Part shown: one piece after another, positions 28,550-37,974 of the stretch | Layout of the letters: every line of letters starts with the position of its first letter | Numbering within the stretch: position 1 is the stretch's first letter | DNA from: Patescibacteria group bacterium UBA3466 | GTDB taxonomy: Bacteria > Patescibacteriota > Minisyncoccia > Phycocordibacterales > UBA918 | Assembly (NCBI GenBank): GCA_002378195.1 | Contig: DFRJ01000002.1 | Span: 129,054 to 193,053, forward strand | Length of the DNA stretch: 64,000 bases | Reading direction: 5' to 3' | Notes under the pieces: model-generated | The model's input: only the letters and a program-made list of their open reading frames with translations | Databases searched by the model: none | What the model was told of the DNA's origin: nothing | Position numbers and translations under genes: made by a program

Positions 28550-30505
28550 ATGACTGAAAAACATAACAACAATGCAGCTGTCTGTGATGACTGTGGAGCT
28601 GGGGACGAGACTACTCCTGCTACCGGCCTACGATCACTCTTCTCTCGCAGTGGTGCACTTAAAATGCTTACGCCTATTTCGGGAATGTTGCTTGTTTTGG
28701 CGTTTTTGAGTTCATACTCGCTACCACAACCGCAGTTTGCCACGTTGTTCTATATCCTTTCAATTGCGACCGGTTCAGTCTTTGTGGTGCAAAGTGCAGT
28801 GCGTGGACTTATTAAACAGCGTTTTCTCAACATCAGCTTTTTGGTGGTTATCGCTTCGCTTGGAGCCTTGTACATCGGTGAGTACGCTGAGGCAGCGGCG
28901 GTGGTATTTCTCTTTGCCTTAGCGGAACTCTTTGAAAGTTACGGCGTTGAACGCTCACGGCGAGCAGTAGCAGCATTGATTAAAAAATCACCCAAAGTAG
29001 CTCGAATGGTAGATGGTACTACTATGCCGGTTGAGAAAGTGGTTGTTGGAACCATTGTTGCTGTAAAGCCTGGAGAGCAGATTCCGTTAGATGGTGTGGT
29101 TGTCAAAGGTGAGTCGACCATTGATGAGGCGTCCATTACAGGCGAATCTATTCCAGTTGATAAAACTATTGATGATCAAGTGTTTGCCAGCACTATGAAT
29201 GTGCAAGGGTATCTTGAGATTAGGGTTGAGAAAGCTAGCCAAGACTCAACGTTTGCTCGGATTATTACTCTCATCGAAGAAGCTCAAGCATCGCGGGCAC
29301 CTACTCAGGCGTTCATCGACAAGTTTGCCCGCTACTACACGCCAGCCGTTGTCATATTGTCAATTTTAATTGCGGTGATACCAACCTTAGTCTTTGGTCT
29401 GCCGTTTGAAGATTGGCTCTATCGAGCGCTGATTCTCTTAGTGATTGCTTGCCCGTGTGCATTGGTGATTGCTACACCAGTGGCGATTGCTTCAGCGATT
29501 GGCGGTGCGTCACGTAGTGGCATTCTGATAAAGGGTGGAAAGTATCTTGAAAAATTAGCTAGCGTTAAAGTGGTGGCGTTTGATAAGACTCGTACCCTCA
29601 CTTATGGCACCCATACTGTTACTGATGTCATTGCTTTTGGTTCGCATAGTAAAGAAAAGGTCATTGCCGATGCTGCGGGTATTGAATTATTTTCTTCGCA
29701 TCCACTGGCTGAAGCAATTATTGCGTACGCAAAAGAACAGAGTATCGAGCCACATAAAATGGACTCCTATGAGAACGTGGCTGGCAAGGGTGGACGAGCG
29801 CAATGCTTGGTGTGTGAAGCCGACAGTTATATCGGTAACAGAAAACTACTGACCGAAAGCGGTATCGACAGTACGGCATTTGAAGCAGACGTAGAGCGCT
29901 TAGAAAAAGAAGGTAAAACGGTGGTGTTGGTAGCTGAAGGTAAGGAAGTAATTGGAGCGCTCGCGATTTCCGATCAAGTTCGTGAAGAAGCATCAGAAGT
30001 AATTGATGTACTCAGAAGAAGGGGTGTTGAGAGCGCAATGCTTACTGGTGACAACGAGCATAGTGCAGCCTACGTTGCTAATCTGATTGGTATAAATGAC
30101 GTTAAAGCCTCATTACTGCCTGAAGAAAAAGTAACCAGCGTGAAAGAACTAAGAGACAAGTATCACTCAGTGGCGATGGTTGGTGATGGAGTAAATGACG
30201 CTCCATCACTCGTTACATCAGACGTGGGGTTTGCTATTGGTGCTGGTGGTACCGATGCTGCTATAGAATCAGCTGACATAACTCTGTTATCTGGAGACTT
30301 ACGGACTATCCCACAGTCAATCAAACTAGCTCGCGCTACGGTTAAAACTATTCGAACAAACATTATTCTCGCACTTGGTATAAAAATCCTCTTCCTCATT
30401 CTCGTGCCGTTTGGTTTAACTAACCTGGTGTTCGCCATTGCCGCTGATTCAGGTATGGCTATTGTCGTAATTCTTAACAGTCTGAGACTCTTTGCGGTTA
30501 AATAA
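28550..30505 (+). CDS. P1B-2 type (Zn/Cd/Pb) heavy-metal ATPase
   Basis: TGES, CPC, DKTRT (variant), HP, GDGVND; K in TM7 and DSG in TM8. Confidence 0.9.
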   Translation: MTEKHNNNAAVCDDCGAGDETTPATGLRSLFSRSGALKMLTPISGMLLVLAFLSSYSLPQPQFATLFYILSIATGSVFVVQSAVRGLIKQRFLNISFLVVIASLGALYIGEYAEAAAVVFLFALAELFESYGVERSRRAVAALIKKSPKVARMVDGTTMPVEKVVVGTIVAVKPGEQIPLDGVVVKGESTIDEASITGESIPVDKTIDDQVFASTMNVQGYLEIRVEKASQDSTFARIITLIEEAQASRAPTQAFIDKFARYYTPAVVILSILIAVIPTLVFGLPFEDWLYRALILLVIACPCALVIATPVAIASAIGGASRSGILIKGGKYLEKLASVKVVAFDKTRTLTYGTHTVTDVIAFGSHSKEKVIADAAGIELFSSHPLAEAIIAYAKEQSIEPHKMDSYENVAGKGGRAQCLVCEADSYIGNRKLLTESGIDSTAFEADVERLEKEGKTVVLVAEGKEVIGALAISDQVREEASEVIDVLRRRGVESAMLTGDNEHSAAYVANLIGINDVKASLLPEEKVTSVKELRDKYHSVAMVGDGVNDAPSLVTSDVGFAIGAGGTDAAIESADITLLSGDLRTIPQSIKLARATVKTIRTNIILALGIKILFLILVPFGLTNLVFAIAADSGMAIVVILNSLRLFAVK

Positions 30506-30507
30506 AT

Positions 30508-30966
30508 ATGGATGAAGTAATAGTATTCTTAGCTAGTAAATTACATGTAGCTATTGTTGTTATTGCAATCATTACATTCCTGCTCTCCACCAAGAAGCAA
30601 AGAATGGCACTTGCTCTAACTGCAATGACGGCATTACCACTATCGTATCTACTAGGAAAAATAGCGAGTTTCTTCTATTACACCGAGCGACCGTTTTCTG
30701 AACTTGGTATCGCTTCACTTGTACCACACATTGCTGATAATGGTTTTCCTTCAGAACATACACTCTATGCGATGGTGATTGCGGCTGCAGTATTCTCGAT
30801 ACGCAAAAACTGGGGTCTACTGCTCATTGCCCTCGCTATCCTAGTTGGAGTAGGTCGTGTTCTTGCTTATGTACATAATCCAATTGATATTGTCGGCTCT
30901 GTATTCATAGCAAGCATTGCTGTCTTTAGTTCAGTTTATGTATTGCACCGAATCAATGTGCAATAA
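30508..30966 (+). CDS. PAP2-family phosphatase (BcrC-like undecaprenyl-PP phosphatase)
   Basis: RPF, FPSEH, GRV...HNPIDI. Confidence 0.85.
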   Translation: MDEVIVFLASKLHVAIVVIAIITFLLSTKKQRMALALTAMTALPLSYLLGKIASFFYYTERPFSELGIASLVPHIADNGFPSEHTLYAMVIAAAVFSIRKNWGLLLIALAILVGVGRVLAYVHNPIDIVGSVFIASIAVFSSVYVLHRINVQ

Positions 30967-30986
30967 GAAATTGAGTTATCTAACGA

Positions 30987-31015
30987 TTGCACATGAGACC
31001 CCCTGGGGGTATACT
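30987..31015 (+). promoter_or_regulatory. Promoter with CsoR-type operator
   Basis: TTGCAC-17 bp-TATACT enclosing the palindrome ACCCCC-T-GGGGGT (C-tract/G-tract operator). Confidence 0.85.
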
Positions 31016-31021
31016 GACAAT

Positions 31022-31291
31022 GTGAAAAAAGAATTAAAATCAAAAATCGAACGACAACTAAAAGTGATTGAGGGTCAAGTGCGAGGTTTGCAAAAAATGG
31101 TGACAGAAGACAAATACTGCGTTGATATAATTACGCAAACTTCGGCTATTCGAAACTCACTTAGTTCAGTTGAAGAAAAAATGCTTGAAAGTCATCTTGA
31201 TACTTGCGTGGCAACGCAGATGAAGGGAAAAAATAAAAATAAAGCCATCGCTGAAGTTTTGTCAGTCTATAAACTGGCAAAACGAAAATAA
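31022..31291 (+). CDS. csoR: CsoR/RcnR-family metal-sensing repressor (leaderless GTG start)
   Basis: IEGQVRG...YCVDIITQ...HLDTC; Cys-His-Cys fingerprint. Confidence 0.88.
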   Translation: MKKELKSKIERQLKVIEGQVRGLQKMVTEDKYCVDIITQTSAIRNSLSSVEEKMLESHLDTCVATQMKGKNKNKAIAEVLSVYKLAKRK

Positions 31292-31292
31292 T

Positions 31293-32459
31293 ATGAAACA
31301 GACCCACTCATACCTGATGTTAGGAGTTTGTCTAACTCTACTACTCGTAGTATTTGCTGGTATATACACAAGTGCAACTCAAGAGAAGTCGTATGACGCA
31401 AATACTGTTAGTGGAGATGTGCTTACGTCCCGTGCAACGTTAATTGTGCAGCCACAATCTGATGCTGACACAGTGCTGGTCGATCGTGTAACTCTTACTG
31501 AGGGAGGGTTCCTTGCTGTGAGGGCTATTGACGACAATCGCCTCGGACAAATTGTTGAAATAAGTGAATACCTCGCACCTGGTACGCATAATAACTTATC
31601 GATCCCGCTTGGCGAATTCTATGATGGTGGCGAAGAGCTTATTGTCATGATGTATGAAGACGCTGGTAATGACAAAATCTTTAACGATCTGGATCAGCCA
31701 TATGAGGAGGACGGAATTCCCATTGCAGTCTATGTAGCAACTGGCGAAAAAGTCCCGGAATTTATAGTAACCAACACTAGTACTCCTGAGGGGATTTCGC
31801 TCATGGATATGGGAACCATGGAATTTATCAGCTACACCGACTCAGGCTTCGAGCCAAAAGACGTGACGATATCCCTTGGCACGATGGTTCATTTTGTGAA
31901 CGAAAGTTCAGTTGATATGTGGGTGGCTTCAGATGATCATCCGGCTCACACTGACTTGCCAACCTTTGATCAGTTTAAGGGTAGCGGTCCTGGTGAACAG
32001 TACGTCTACATATTTGACCAGGTTGGTGAATGGAAGTATCACGATCATCTTAATCCACCGGCGGTGGGAACCATACTTGTTACTGAGGCTGCTGATACTG
32101 AAGTAAAGCTTCCGACTTCCAAAAATGATTCAGGATATTACAGTATTGACAGCGATAATTTTTCTCAGTTGGTTGACGACCCAGAGGTGACAACCGTAAA
32201 TGTACACATTCCTTACGGCGGAGAAATCGCCGGCACCGAGGCCTTTGTTCCATACAATGATACCCAGGCGCTGCTGGCAGCTTTGCCGAGTGATACAACT
32301 GCACCAGTAGCTCTCTACTGTCGAAGTGGCAGCATGAGTGCAATTGCAGCTAAAGCTGTAGTCGCTGCTGGATATACCAGTGTATATGATTTAACTGGTG
32401 GTATGAATGCGTACCGGGTTAGTGGTCGTGACGTACTGGTAAAAGAACAAAATAACTAA
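31293..32459 (+). CDS. Anchored multidomain protein with cupredoxin-like and rhodanese domains
   Basis: GFEPKDVTISLG...HPAH...G.W.YHDHL, then LYCRSGSMS...LTGGMNAY. Confidence 0.8.
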   Translation: MKQTHSYLMLGVCLTLLLVVFAGIYTSATQEKSYDANTVSGDVLTSRATLIVQPQSDADTVLVDRVTLTEGGFLAVRAIDDNRLGQIVEISEYLAPGTHNNLSIPLGEFYDGGEELIVMMYEDAGNDKIFNDLDQPYEEDGIPIAVYVATGEKVPEFIVTNTSTPEGISLMDMGTMEFISYTDSGFEPKDVTISLGTMVHFVNESSVDMWVASDDHPAHTDLPTFDQFKGSGPGEQYVYIFDQVGEWKYHDHLNPPAVGTILVTEAADTEVKLPTSKNDSGYYSIDSDNFSQLVDDPEVTTVNVHIPYGGEIAGTEAFVPYNDTQALLAALPSDTTAPVALYCRSGSMSAIAAKAVVAAGYTSVYDLTGGMNAYRVSGRDVLVKEQNN

Positions 32460-32465
32460 TCACGT

Positions 32466-33179
32466 ATGTTACTAGGAATTAAAAGTACCAAAGTAGCTTT
32501 ACTTCGCCATCTAGGCGTGGCAATAGTCGGTGGGCTACTTATTTATCTTGTCTGGTCACTCAATAGCACCTGGAGTCCTGATATGAGACTCTGGAAGGCT
32601 TTTGGTGGCGCTTCGTTCTTCTTGCTGTGGTTTGCAATATTCATTGGACCCGCAGCTAAGTTACTACCCGCCCTTAATGTGGTGCTTTCGTATCGACGTG
32701 AAGCTGGAGTCTGGTTTTTCTTAATTGCGCTCGTTCATGGCTATCTCATCCTCGATGGATGGGTGCGGTGGAGCGTTTGGGAGTTTTTCGGCTATCAATA
32801 CATTGCAGAGATTGATACCTACTTGCGAGTAGAGTCTGGTTTTGGCCTCGCCAACCTCTTGGGCTTTGTTGCCTTAACGTTTGCTCTAGCACTCGCAGCT
32901 ACTTCATTCGATAAAGCGGTAAATTGGCTTGGTATACAGTCATGGAAATGGCTGCACGGATTTGCGTACGTTGTTTTCTATCTCGGCGCAATACATGTCG
33001 TCTATTTTGCCTTTATCCATTACACTCCATCGCTTACAAGAGCTATGCAGGGTCTGCAAACCAACTATCCTGACAATCCACTCAAGTATTACTACCTGTT
33101 TATGCTCCTCAGTGTACTAGTGGTTCAGATACTTGCTTTCATCCAGACGGTCCGTCGTAATCGCAATACAAGTTGGTAA
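32466..33179 (+). CDS. Ferric reductase-like TM protein (MsrQ-like)
   Basis: RREAG, LVH, LAATS, WKWLH...Y...IH heme-ligand pattern. Confidence 0.8.
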   Translation: MLLGIKSTKVALLRHLGVAIVGGLLIYLVWSLNSTWSPDMRLWKAFGGASFFLLWFAIFIGPAAKLLPALNVVLSYRREAGVWFFLIALVHGYLILDGWVRWSVWEFFGYQYIAEIDTYLRVESGFGLANLLGFVALTFALALAATSFDKAVNWLGIQSWKWLHGFAYVVFYLGAIHVVYFAFIHYTPSLTRAMQGLQTNYPDNPLKYYYLFMLLSVLVVQILAFIQTVRRNRNTSW

Positions 33180-33183
33180 CTGT

Positions 33184-33864
33184 ATGGTATTTGAAACGCA
33201 CATCACGGCTCATAAAGAAGTAGCTAAGGGTACTCACGAAGTGACACTCGGGCGTCCAACGTCATTTGTCTTCAAGGCGGGACAGTATACCCAAGTGGCT
33301 GTCCCAAAATTGACACACTCTGATCCGAAAGGCCGATCGAGACAATTCTCAATCGCCTCTTCGCCATACGACATGGACGAGATCAAGGTTGTCTTTAGAA
33401 ACTCAGGTAGTGGCTTCAAGGAGACACTCCTACACACGTCAATTGGTGCTTCGGTGCAGATTGAACAAGCGGCGGGCAGTTTTCTCTTACCTCAAAAGGT
33501 TACCCGACCGCAGGTGTTTGTAGCTGGTGGTGTCGGGATTGCTCCGTTAATGAGTTACTTGCACCAAAGGATAGATGATGTGTGGGAACAACCCGTCACA
33601 TTACTCTACGGTAATCAAAACCCTGAGAGCGCTGCATATTTAGGAGAATTACAACAGATGAGCAAGCAACACCGTCAATTTTCCCTAGACAACATCTACA
33701 AGCGACCCACTCCCGGACTCTTTGCAAAGTTGGCTGAAAAGCATCAGGTTGCAGTGTGGTGGGTAGTTGGCCCACCTGGCATGGTGTCTGTGACGGTTAA
33801 CGGTTTACATCTGGGAGGAATTTCGGCAGACAAGATTATGACTGAATCGTTTGATGGATATTAG
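33184..33864 (+). CDS. FAD/NAD(P)-binding ferredoxin-reductase-like oxidoreductase
   Basis: FKAGQY, RQFSIASSP, AGGVGIAP, GPPGMV, ESFDGY. Confidence 0.88.
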   Translation: MVFETHITAHKEVAKGTHEVTLGRPTSFVFKAGQYTQVAVPKLTHSDPKGRSRQFSIASSPYDMDEIKVVFRNSGSGFKETLLHTSIGASVQIEQAAGSFLLPQKVTRPQVFVAGGVGIAPLMSYLHQRIDDVWEQPVTLLYGNQNPESAAYLGELQQMSKQHRQFSLDNIYKRPTPGLFAKLAEKHQVAVWWVVGPPGMVSVTVNGLHLGGISADKIMTESFDGY

Positions 33865-33905
33865 CAGAAAGTATTAAATGTAAATTAATAACGTAATAAA
33901 TCTGT

Positions 33906-34373
33906 ATGGAATCATTATTTCCCCTAGGTATAGAACAATATCTCGTTGGTGGACTACTGGTTGGTTTAGGTATTTCTTTTGTCTATATTATGACCGGCTT
34001 AGTCTCAGGTGTTTCGACTGCCTTTACATCAACGTGGTCCTTTTTTTCACGAGATACAACATCTTTTTTCAGACGAGAAAAATTTCTCTCTTCACGAACC
34101 TGGCGTCTTTCTTTGGTCACTGGCTTGATGCTTGGTGGTCTTGTATATCTTGTTTTTATCAACGGAGGTGAATCGACAGTTGCTTCACTTTCAATGACCA
34201 GACTGTTCTTTGGAGGGCTGTTGGTGGGGATAGGTACCCGCATGGCGGCAGGTTGTCCGTCTGGTCACGGTATATGTGGCAACGCTATGCTTGAGAAGAC
34301 CTCGTTCATCTCTACTGTCACATTTTTATCAGTTGGTATTGTTGTTGCTTTGTTAACGCAATCAATTTTCTAA
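33906..34373 (+). CDS. YeeE/YedE-family sulfur-compound transporter subunit
   Basis: GGLLVGIGTRMAAGCPSGHGICG. Confidence 0.88.
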   Translation: MESLFPLGIEQYLVGGLLVGLGISFVYIMTGLVSGVSTAFTSTWSFFSRDTTSFFRREKFLSSRTWRLSLVTGLMLGGLVYLVFINGGESTVASLSMTRLFFGGLLVGIGTRMAAGCPSGHGICGNAMLEKTSFISTVTFLSVGIVVALLTQSIF

Positions 34374-34378
34374 AACTT

Positions 34379-34816
34379 ATGCATATGAATACTAAAAAAC
34401 ACATTGCAATCATCCTCGGAGGAACACTGTTTGGTTTTGGTTTGGCTTATTCAGGAGCAGCTGTGCCAGAAATCGTATTGTCCTTTTTGAGGCTTGAAGA
34501 CTTTGGCTTAGTGTTGGTAATTGGTGGCGCGCTTCTAGTGACACTGATTACATTCCAGCTGATACCAAAATTATTGTCGAAACCTTTGCTGAACGGAACA
34601 TTTGCCACTTCGTCTCGACTGTCAGTATCAAAATGGAATGTTATTGGTGCGGCAGTCTTTGGTGCCGGCTGGGGTATCTCAGGTCTTTGTCCAGGGACCT
34701 CATTCGCAGCCATTGGTATGGGTAACTGGCCGATACTTATTGGTATTATCGGTATGTTTATCGGAGCGTATGTATACGGAACACTTCGCAATAAAGGATT
34801 GACTGGAATTGAATAA
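34379..34816 (+). CDS. YeeE/YedE-family partner subunit
   Basis: G.LFGFGL..SG, FGAGWGISGLCPG. Confidence 0.85.
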   Translation: MHMNTKKHIAIILGGTLFGFGLAYSGAAVPEIVLSFLRLEDFGLVLVIGGALLVTLITFQLIPKLLSKPLLNGTFATSSRLSVSKWNVIGAAVFGAGWGISGLCPGTSFAAIGMGNWPILIGIIGMFIGAYVYGTLRNKGLTGIE

Positions 34817-34817
34817 C

Positions 34818-36824
34818 ATGGAACATAAACATACAGACAATCATTGTCATAGTCATGGCAGCCCGGGTATGGGACACGGGTCAGCAGGTACATTTCTAAA
34901 GCGGTTTTGGATCGTCACGTTTCTTTTGATTCCGCTTGTCTTTGCTAATGAGATGGTCATGAATGCACTTGGTCTTGATGCATATACTCTTAGCAAATGG
35001 ATAGGTTTTGGTATCGCCACTATTATTTTCGGTTTCGCACTCATTTTCTTTGAGCACGCACTACATGAAATAAAGGCCCGAGCTTATGGCATGATGACTT
35101 TGGTTTCTATTGCGGTTGCAGCTGGATATTTGTTTTCAGTGGCAGCGACTTTTTTACCGTCACTTGAAGCTGATTTTTATTTGGAAATATCAACCTTGAT
35201 TTGGGTGCTTCTATTTGGTCACTACTTAGAAGCAAAATCTGGTGCCGCAGCCGGTGACTCGTTGGCCGAAGTGGCTAAGCTTTTGCCGAAGCAAGCTCAT
35301 AAGTTAATCAATGGTGTAGAAACTGATGTCGACATCAGTGATTTAGCTGATGGGGATTTGGTTCTTGTTAAACCTGGTGAGAAAATACCAGCTGACGGGA
35401 TGATCATAGAAGGTTCAGCCAACGTTGATGAGGCACTGATCAGCGGTGAGTCAACTCCAGTACAGAAAAAAGCTAAAGATGAGGTGGTGGCAGGGTCAAT
35501 TTGTCTTGACGGTTCACTTACTATCTCACTTACAAGAGTTGGTGAACATTCAACTATTGGTCAAATTCAAAATCTCATTGCTACTGCACAGCAAACCAAA
35601 CCTAAGTCGCAACGACTGGCTGATAAAGCAGCGGGTATTCTTACGTTTGTAGCTGGTATTACTGCACTACTCACACTGCTTATTTGGACATTTGTGATTG
35701 GTCAACCATTTGTATTCGGGGCAACACTGGCAATCACAGTGCTGGTGATTGCGTGTCCACACGCACTAGGATTAGCTATTCCAACGGTCACTACCATCAC
35801 TACTTCGTTGGCGGTGAAAAATGGATTCTTTATTAAGAACCTTGCTAAGCTTGAAGTTATTAAAAAAGCTGACTACGTAGTTTTTGATAAAACCGGCACA
35901 TTAACTACAGGAGTATTTGGGGTTACTGATTTAGTGGCTGTGGGAGATGTTGCGGAAGATGAGGTGTTACGAATCGCTGCTTCACTTGAACAACATTCTT
36001 CTCACATTATTGGTGAATCAATTGTATCTCACGCTAAGGAACAGTCAGTTACAATGTCTGATATTTCAGCCTTTAAGAATGTTGCTGGTAAAGGCATTGT
36101 TGCTGAGATTGATGGTAAGAAATATGTGGCTGGTAACCGAGCCTTGATTGAATTCTTGGATATTTCGTTCACTAAAGCTGAATCTCCATATAATGAATTG
36201 ATATCGAACGGCAAAACTACAATCTTTGTTGCTGATGAATCAACCGTGATTGGTCTAGTGGCTCTGTCTGACGCTATCAAGCCTGAGTCTTATGAAGCAG
36301 TAAAACGTTTGCATGAGCTTGATGTGAAGGTGGCTATGTTGACTGGTGACAATACGCAGGTGGCACAAAGTGTGGCAAAAGAACTTAATATCGACACGTT
36401 TTTTGCTGAGGTTTTGCCCGAAGACAAGTACGCTCATATTAAGGAATTACAGGAATCAGGATCAGTAATCTTGATGGTTGGTGATGGAGTCAACGATGCG
36501 CCTGCCCTAACGCAGGCAGATGCTGGGATTGCTATTGGAGCAGGAACTGATGTGGCGGTTGAGGCGGGAGATGTTGTCTTAACTCGAAACAATCCCGAGG
36601 ATATTGTTCGACTTATTACGCTTTCACGAAAAGTGTATATAAAAATGATACAAAACCTTGTGTGGGCACTTGGGTATAACGTGATTGCTATCCCAGCCGC
36701 TGCCGGTGTGTTTGCCAGCCTCGGTTTCTTTTTACGGCCTGAGATTGGAGCATTTGTAATGAGTCTCTCAACGGTGATTGTGGTCGCTAATGCGATGTTG
36801 CTGAAGCGTATAGATTTAACGTAA
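34818..36824 (+). CDS. copB: P1B-3 copper-exporting ATPase (CopB type)
   Basis: His-rich N-terminus, CPH, DKTGT, YN, MSLST, GDGVND. Confidence 0.88.
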   Translation: MEHKHTDNHCHSHGSPGMGHGSAGTFLKRFWIVTFLLIPLVFANEMVMNALGLDAYTLSKWIGFGIATIIFGFALIFFEHALHEIKARAYGMMTLVSIAVAAGYLFSVAATFLPSLEADFYLEISTLIWVLLFGHYLEAKSGAAAGDSLAEVAKLLPKQAHKLINGVETDVDISDLADGDLVLVKPGEKIPADGMIIEGSANVDEALISGESTPVQKKAKDEVVAGSICLDGSLTISLTRVGEHSTIGQIQNLIATAQQTKPKSQRLADKAAGILTFVAGITALLTLLIWTFVIGQPFVFGATLAITVLVIACPHALGLAIPTVTTITTSLAVKNGFFIKNLAKLEVIKKADYVVFDKTGTLTTGVFGVTDLVAVGDVAEDEVLRIAASLEQHSSHIIGESIVSHAKEQSVTMSDISAFKNVAGKGIVAEIDGKKYVAGNRALIEFLDISFTKAESPYNELISNGKTTIFVADESTVIGLVALSDAIKPESYEAVKRLHELDVKVAMLTGDNTQVAQSVAKELNIDTFFAEVLPEDKYAHIKELQESGSVILMVGDGVNDAPALTQADAGIAIGAGTDVAVEAGDVVLTRNNPEDIVRLITLSRKVYIKMIQNLVWALGYNVIAIPAAAGVFASLGFFLRPEIGAFVMSLSTVIVVANAMLLKRIDLT

Positions 36825-36851
36825 GTCAAATAGTATAATCGATACATCCAT

Positions 36852-37247
36852 ATGGGACAAAAATTGGGTACATCAATAGTGACGCTACTATTTCTTGGAG
36901 CTATGTTCGGGGGTCTTTTTCACATGGCGGGAATGGAAATGAGTGGTGGGATGACTGACTGTCCATACATGTCTCAACAAGAAACAATTTGTGCTATGAG
37001 CGTGTCTGAGCACTTGGGTGCCTGGCAGTCCACTTTTACATCTATCGCACCAACTCTGTTTACAATCCTAGGGCTGCTGTTTGTAGCTGTCGCAGTAGCT
37101 CAAATTGCACCGAATTTATTACGGAAAGTTAGACTAGCGTTAATCCGTTTATCGAGCACACAGTCAAGCAGTCGTGATTTCAATTTTGTAGCCAGACCGC
37201 TACAAGAACTATTCTCTAGCGGCATCCTACACCCCAAACTCTTCTAG
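36852..37247 (+). CDS. Small membrane protein with C-terminal GILHPKLF motif (candidate leader)
   Basis: TM, Met/Cys/His loop (HMAGMEMSGGMTDCPYM...CAM...EH), second TM; TATAAT upstream. Confidence 0.75.
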   Translation: MGQKLGTSIVTLLFLGAMFGGLFHMAGMEMSGGMTDCPYMSQQETICAMSVSEHLGAWQSTFTSIAPTLFTILGLLFVAVAVAQIAPNLLRKVRLALIRLSSTQSSSRDFNFVARPLQELFSSGILHPKLF

Positions 37248-37295
37248 CTAATAAAAACAGCAGAGCATTCTGCATTTATTAGCTTAGAAATATGT

Positions 37296-37955
37296 ATGAA
37301 TAAAAAATTAATCCTTGGAGCAATACTGTTTGTTCCAACAGTATCGTTCGCGCACGATAGCGAACATGTAACGACAGCGTGGTATCAAAATCCATTAGTG
37401 CTCACGTTAACTGTTTTAACAGTTATTGCTCTTGGCACACTCTGCTACGGGTGGGTATCGAAAAGAAAAAACTTACAGATAGTACCTGCAGTGGCTCTCG
37501 TAGTAATCGCTGTCACCAGTTTCGCTATGTTTAGCCAACCAGTTGATACTTATGAACCAGAATTAGCAATGGCTGATTTTGGCACTGGCCAAACAGTCAC
37601 GTTGTATAAAAGTCCAAATTGTGGCTGCTGTAGTGGTCACGCTAAAGCACTCGAAGAAGCAGGCTTTGCTGTTAACATAGTTGAAACAGACGAGCTTGAT
37701 CAAATTAAAAGTGAACAAAATATTCCACCTACAGGCGCAAGTTGTCACACGTCAGTCATTGGTGACTATGTAGTTGAAGGTCATGTTCCCTTGGAGGCAA
37801 TTGAGAAATTACTGACTGAAAAACCCGATGTGGCCGGTATTGGACTACCAGGAATGCCTATCGGAACGCCTGGAATGCCAGGCAGGAAAACAGCACCCTA
37901 CGAGGTATATCAGCTATCGGAAGACGGGCAAATGTCACCGTACATGACAATCTAA
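37296..37955 (+). CDS. DUF411 (CopG-like) metal-binding protein with membrane anchor
   Basis: KSPNCGCC, SCHT, VEGHVP, PGMP.G.PGM. Confidence 0.85.
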   Translation: MNKKLILGAILFVPTVSFAHDSEHVTTAWYQNPLVLTLTVLTVIALGTLCYGWVSKRKNLQIVPAVALVVIAVTSFAMFSQPVDTYEPELAMADFGTGQTVTLYKSPNCGCCSGHAKALEEAGFAVNIVETDELDQIKSEQNIPPTGASCHTSVIGDYVVEGHVPLEAIEKLLTEKPDVAGIGLPGMPIGTPGMPGRKTAPYEVYQLSEDGQMSPYMTI

Positions 37956-37974
37956 TAACAAAAGTAAATAAAAT

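Noticed and set aside
30917-31021. N-terminal extension of CsoR
   Set aside because: It overlaps the PAP2 gene end and the promoter/operator; GTG 31022 gives a normal-length protein
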